A stretch of 64,000 nucleotides of DNA from the NCBI GenBank assembly GCA_000934665.2, contig KZ538541.1:1-64000 (forward strand), given 5' to 3'. Positions 61,691 to 64,000 of this stretch are shown here, piece by piece; the stretch's first letter is position 1, and every line of letters starts with the position of its first letter. The stretch is from Catajapyx aquilonaris (lineage: Eukaryota). A model generated the notes under the pieces. That model searched no databases and was not told where the DNA came from. It was given only the letters and a program-made list of their open reading frames with translations. Made by a program: the position numbers and the translations under genes.

Positions 61691-62649
61691 TCGCTTATTT
61701 CCTGTGCACACAATCTAATTGCATTACATGTAAACAATATAATAGAGTCACAATGACTTTGATGAGAGGTTAACCAGCCCCGAGTCATGACGTGAAATCT
61801 CTCCGGGGACCAACCATTTATTCGGTCGGTTGTTTTTCTGCTTTTATCCGGAAAGACTTTCGTTCTCTTGCCTGGTCAAGGTCAACATAAAATATTTTCT
61901 ACGAGGCTTTCCCCTCGGGTATGAAATTTTTCAAAAAAATTAACTTATCAGCCAGAGTCAACTATTATAGAACCTTTTACCTGAGGCAGGTGGCAACAGG
62001 AAAATAATGCCGCAGCATTATATGCATATAGCCCTCTGCCTAAACTAACTCACCAGCACTTCTGCTACATAGTTATATAATCCTGATTCCATAAGCTGCT
62101 AAGAGAAGAATTATACTCTTTTGGGCATGGTTTAAAATATAGTATACCCTATAGTAATGCAGTAATGTACTACAGTACGATTGTACAGTATATGATGCTT
62201 ACGAGAGGGAGTGAAGCATGGCCGATCTAGGGGTTGCGTGAGTACTTTATCAAAATGTCTGCATATATTTATACGATAATTATAGCATTTCCCCCCAGTT
62301 CCGTGGCAAATTTTATCATGCTTGCCCGGATGTTTATCAGTATTTTGCAATTCCATTAAATAACTGTCTTTTAAAGCGTTTGTAACCCACAGCACGTGGT
62401 AGAAAACTGTGGTATTCAATGTGGTATTATATGGCGGGGTCATCATAATGTGGGATAATTCTTTAATGCCTAATAGTAGGTTTTTAACGCTCGCAGAACT
62501 ATAGCGAGAAGGCTCAAAGAGCCATAACTACCATTTTTATTATAATAATAACAACTTCAAATTGCAACATTTTTTCAACTTAGCACTGTGTACTTTTCGT
62601 GTAATATTGTCAGCCCATCAGCATGTGATCAGGATCGCATCATAACCAA

Positions 62650-62665
62650 TAATAATCATAATCAT

Positions 62666-62699
<34 letters not shown>

Positions 62700-62706
62700 G
62701 CAATAA
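62650..62706. repeat. Compound (AATCAT)/(CAA)n microsatellite
   Basis: AATAATCATAATCAT followed by (AAC)~11. Confidence 0.9.
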
Positions 62707-64000
62707 TCCAACTCACAAACTTCACTGATTAGAAATCACAGAATCTACAACCCGTAATGTGACTCGTAAACGTATTGCAAAAATGTGGTTCGATCATGTT
62801 AAGACAAGGTTTGAGATAAGAAAGATACTGTAGAAATTCCTTGTAGGAGGCTGTCTCTGGATTAATATTTCCTGTACATAAGCGTCGCCATTTCTTGAAC
62901 TTTACAAAGCAGTTCAGGAAATATAATTACTGCATCTGCTCTGATAACATGTGTAGGACCATTAACCGTTCAACTATCGTATCAGCATGCCCCATTTATC
63001 AACGTAAGTGATAAAAGTAATTTCTTTGCAACCATTTTTTCCCCTCATAACAAATGGAATTCTTTGTGCATACCGTGACGATACGTGATAGCGACAAAAA
63101 AAAAACTAGAGGGCGAGAAAGAAAGAGAGACAAAAAAGTATGACTTCGGATATAAATGGAGGCCTGACATGTCTCCTTATCAGTAAATCAGCTAACAAAA
63201 TTTTTGTCACCGAAACGTGAGCGCTATGGACTTATCGGCAGACTTGTCAACTGGAAATATGGCTTGAAATGTCAGCGTCAAAGACCTAATGACCGACCCC
63301 CCGAGCAGAAAAGCAGGAGGAAAATGGTTGCCTCACGATTACAAGTCAGGAAAGCCAACATGAATGCTCCTCAATTTAATTCGCCTCCGCTGTTGCCTGT
63401 TGACTGGTCTGGTGCTCATTGCGGTAAGGTTGGCAGCACACGGACCAAAACAAAGGAAGCCGCGAGAAAGAGACGCTGGAAGGCCAGCCAGGGAATAAAG
63501 GAAACATCCCCCCCCCCCCTTCCCCTCCACAGCTCCCAGGTGATTATTGTTGCTCATTATTGAGGGGGCGTGACTGACGACAGCCAGACAGACGCCAACT
63601 TCCGCGCTGCTTGCTTTCATCTATATATGTTGCCCACCACTTTTTTGCCTATTATTCTCATCTTCGCTCCCTTATAACCCAGACTATACATAGTATTGGA
63701 TGCTAACCCACAGGTGTTATTTGGAAAGTATTTCATAAGTCACTAGGCTACACCAATGTGCACATTCATTTCTCTGACTGCCCTATAATTGGAGAACTCA
63801 TCAAGTACATTATAAGGTTTGGTGAAGAATATGCCACTTGAAAAATTGGGTATCACCTAACAATTCCATAAAAATTATTTCAGGCTCCCGGATAAATCTG
63901 TTGCCATTTGAGACTTGAAGTAATTGCTTTGCAACACTTTGACCTCTGTATCTCAGTGTCAGCTGTGTATCCTTGGTTTGCAATTCATGCTTTTATTTTT

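Overview
Eukaryotic, AT-rich genomic DNA, most likely from an arthropod (inferred from an interstitial (TTAGG)n array and an arthropod-style engrailed exon). The only host coding sequence I can support is the first coding exon of an engrailed-family homeobox gene on the minus strand (about 6992->6392). It carries EH1 (FSIENIL) and EH2 (WPAWVYCTRYSDRPSSG) and ends at a canonical phase-1 GTGAGT donor. The homeobox exon lies outside the window to the left, so 1-6391 is intron. The remaining ~57 kb is a gene-free upstream region. It holds many non-autonomous DNA transposons (Tc1/mariner/pogo-, hAT-, PIF/Harbinger-, CACTA- and possibly Sola-like MITEs, several almost perfect fold-backs), tRNA-derived SINEs with TSDs, decayed LINE fragments, microsatellites and two assembly gaps. 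Between these sit TE-free GA/CT-rich islands with homeodomain, Exd-Hox and TGACA motifs, which are candidate enhancers or Polycomb elements. I found no prokaryote-type novel system. The best leads are: a PxDLS (CtBP-type) motif plus an LSVG (invected-type) motif in the engrailed exon; an unusual 5' leader; SINE 3'-tail swapping; a V-domain SINE; a nested TTAGG-carrying element; and a CACTA MITE retaining a Cys/His-rich ORF remnant. All coordinates were read by eye and may be off by a few bases.
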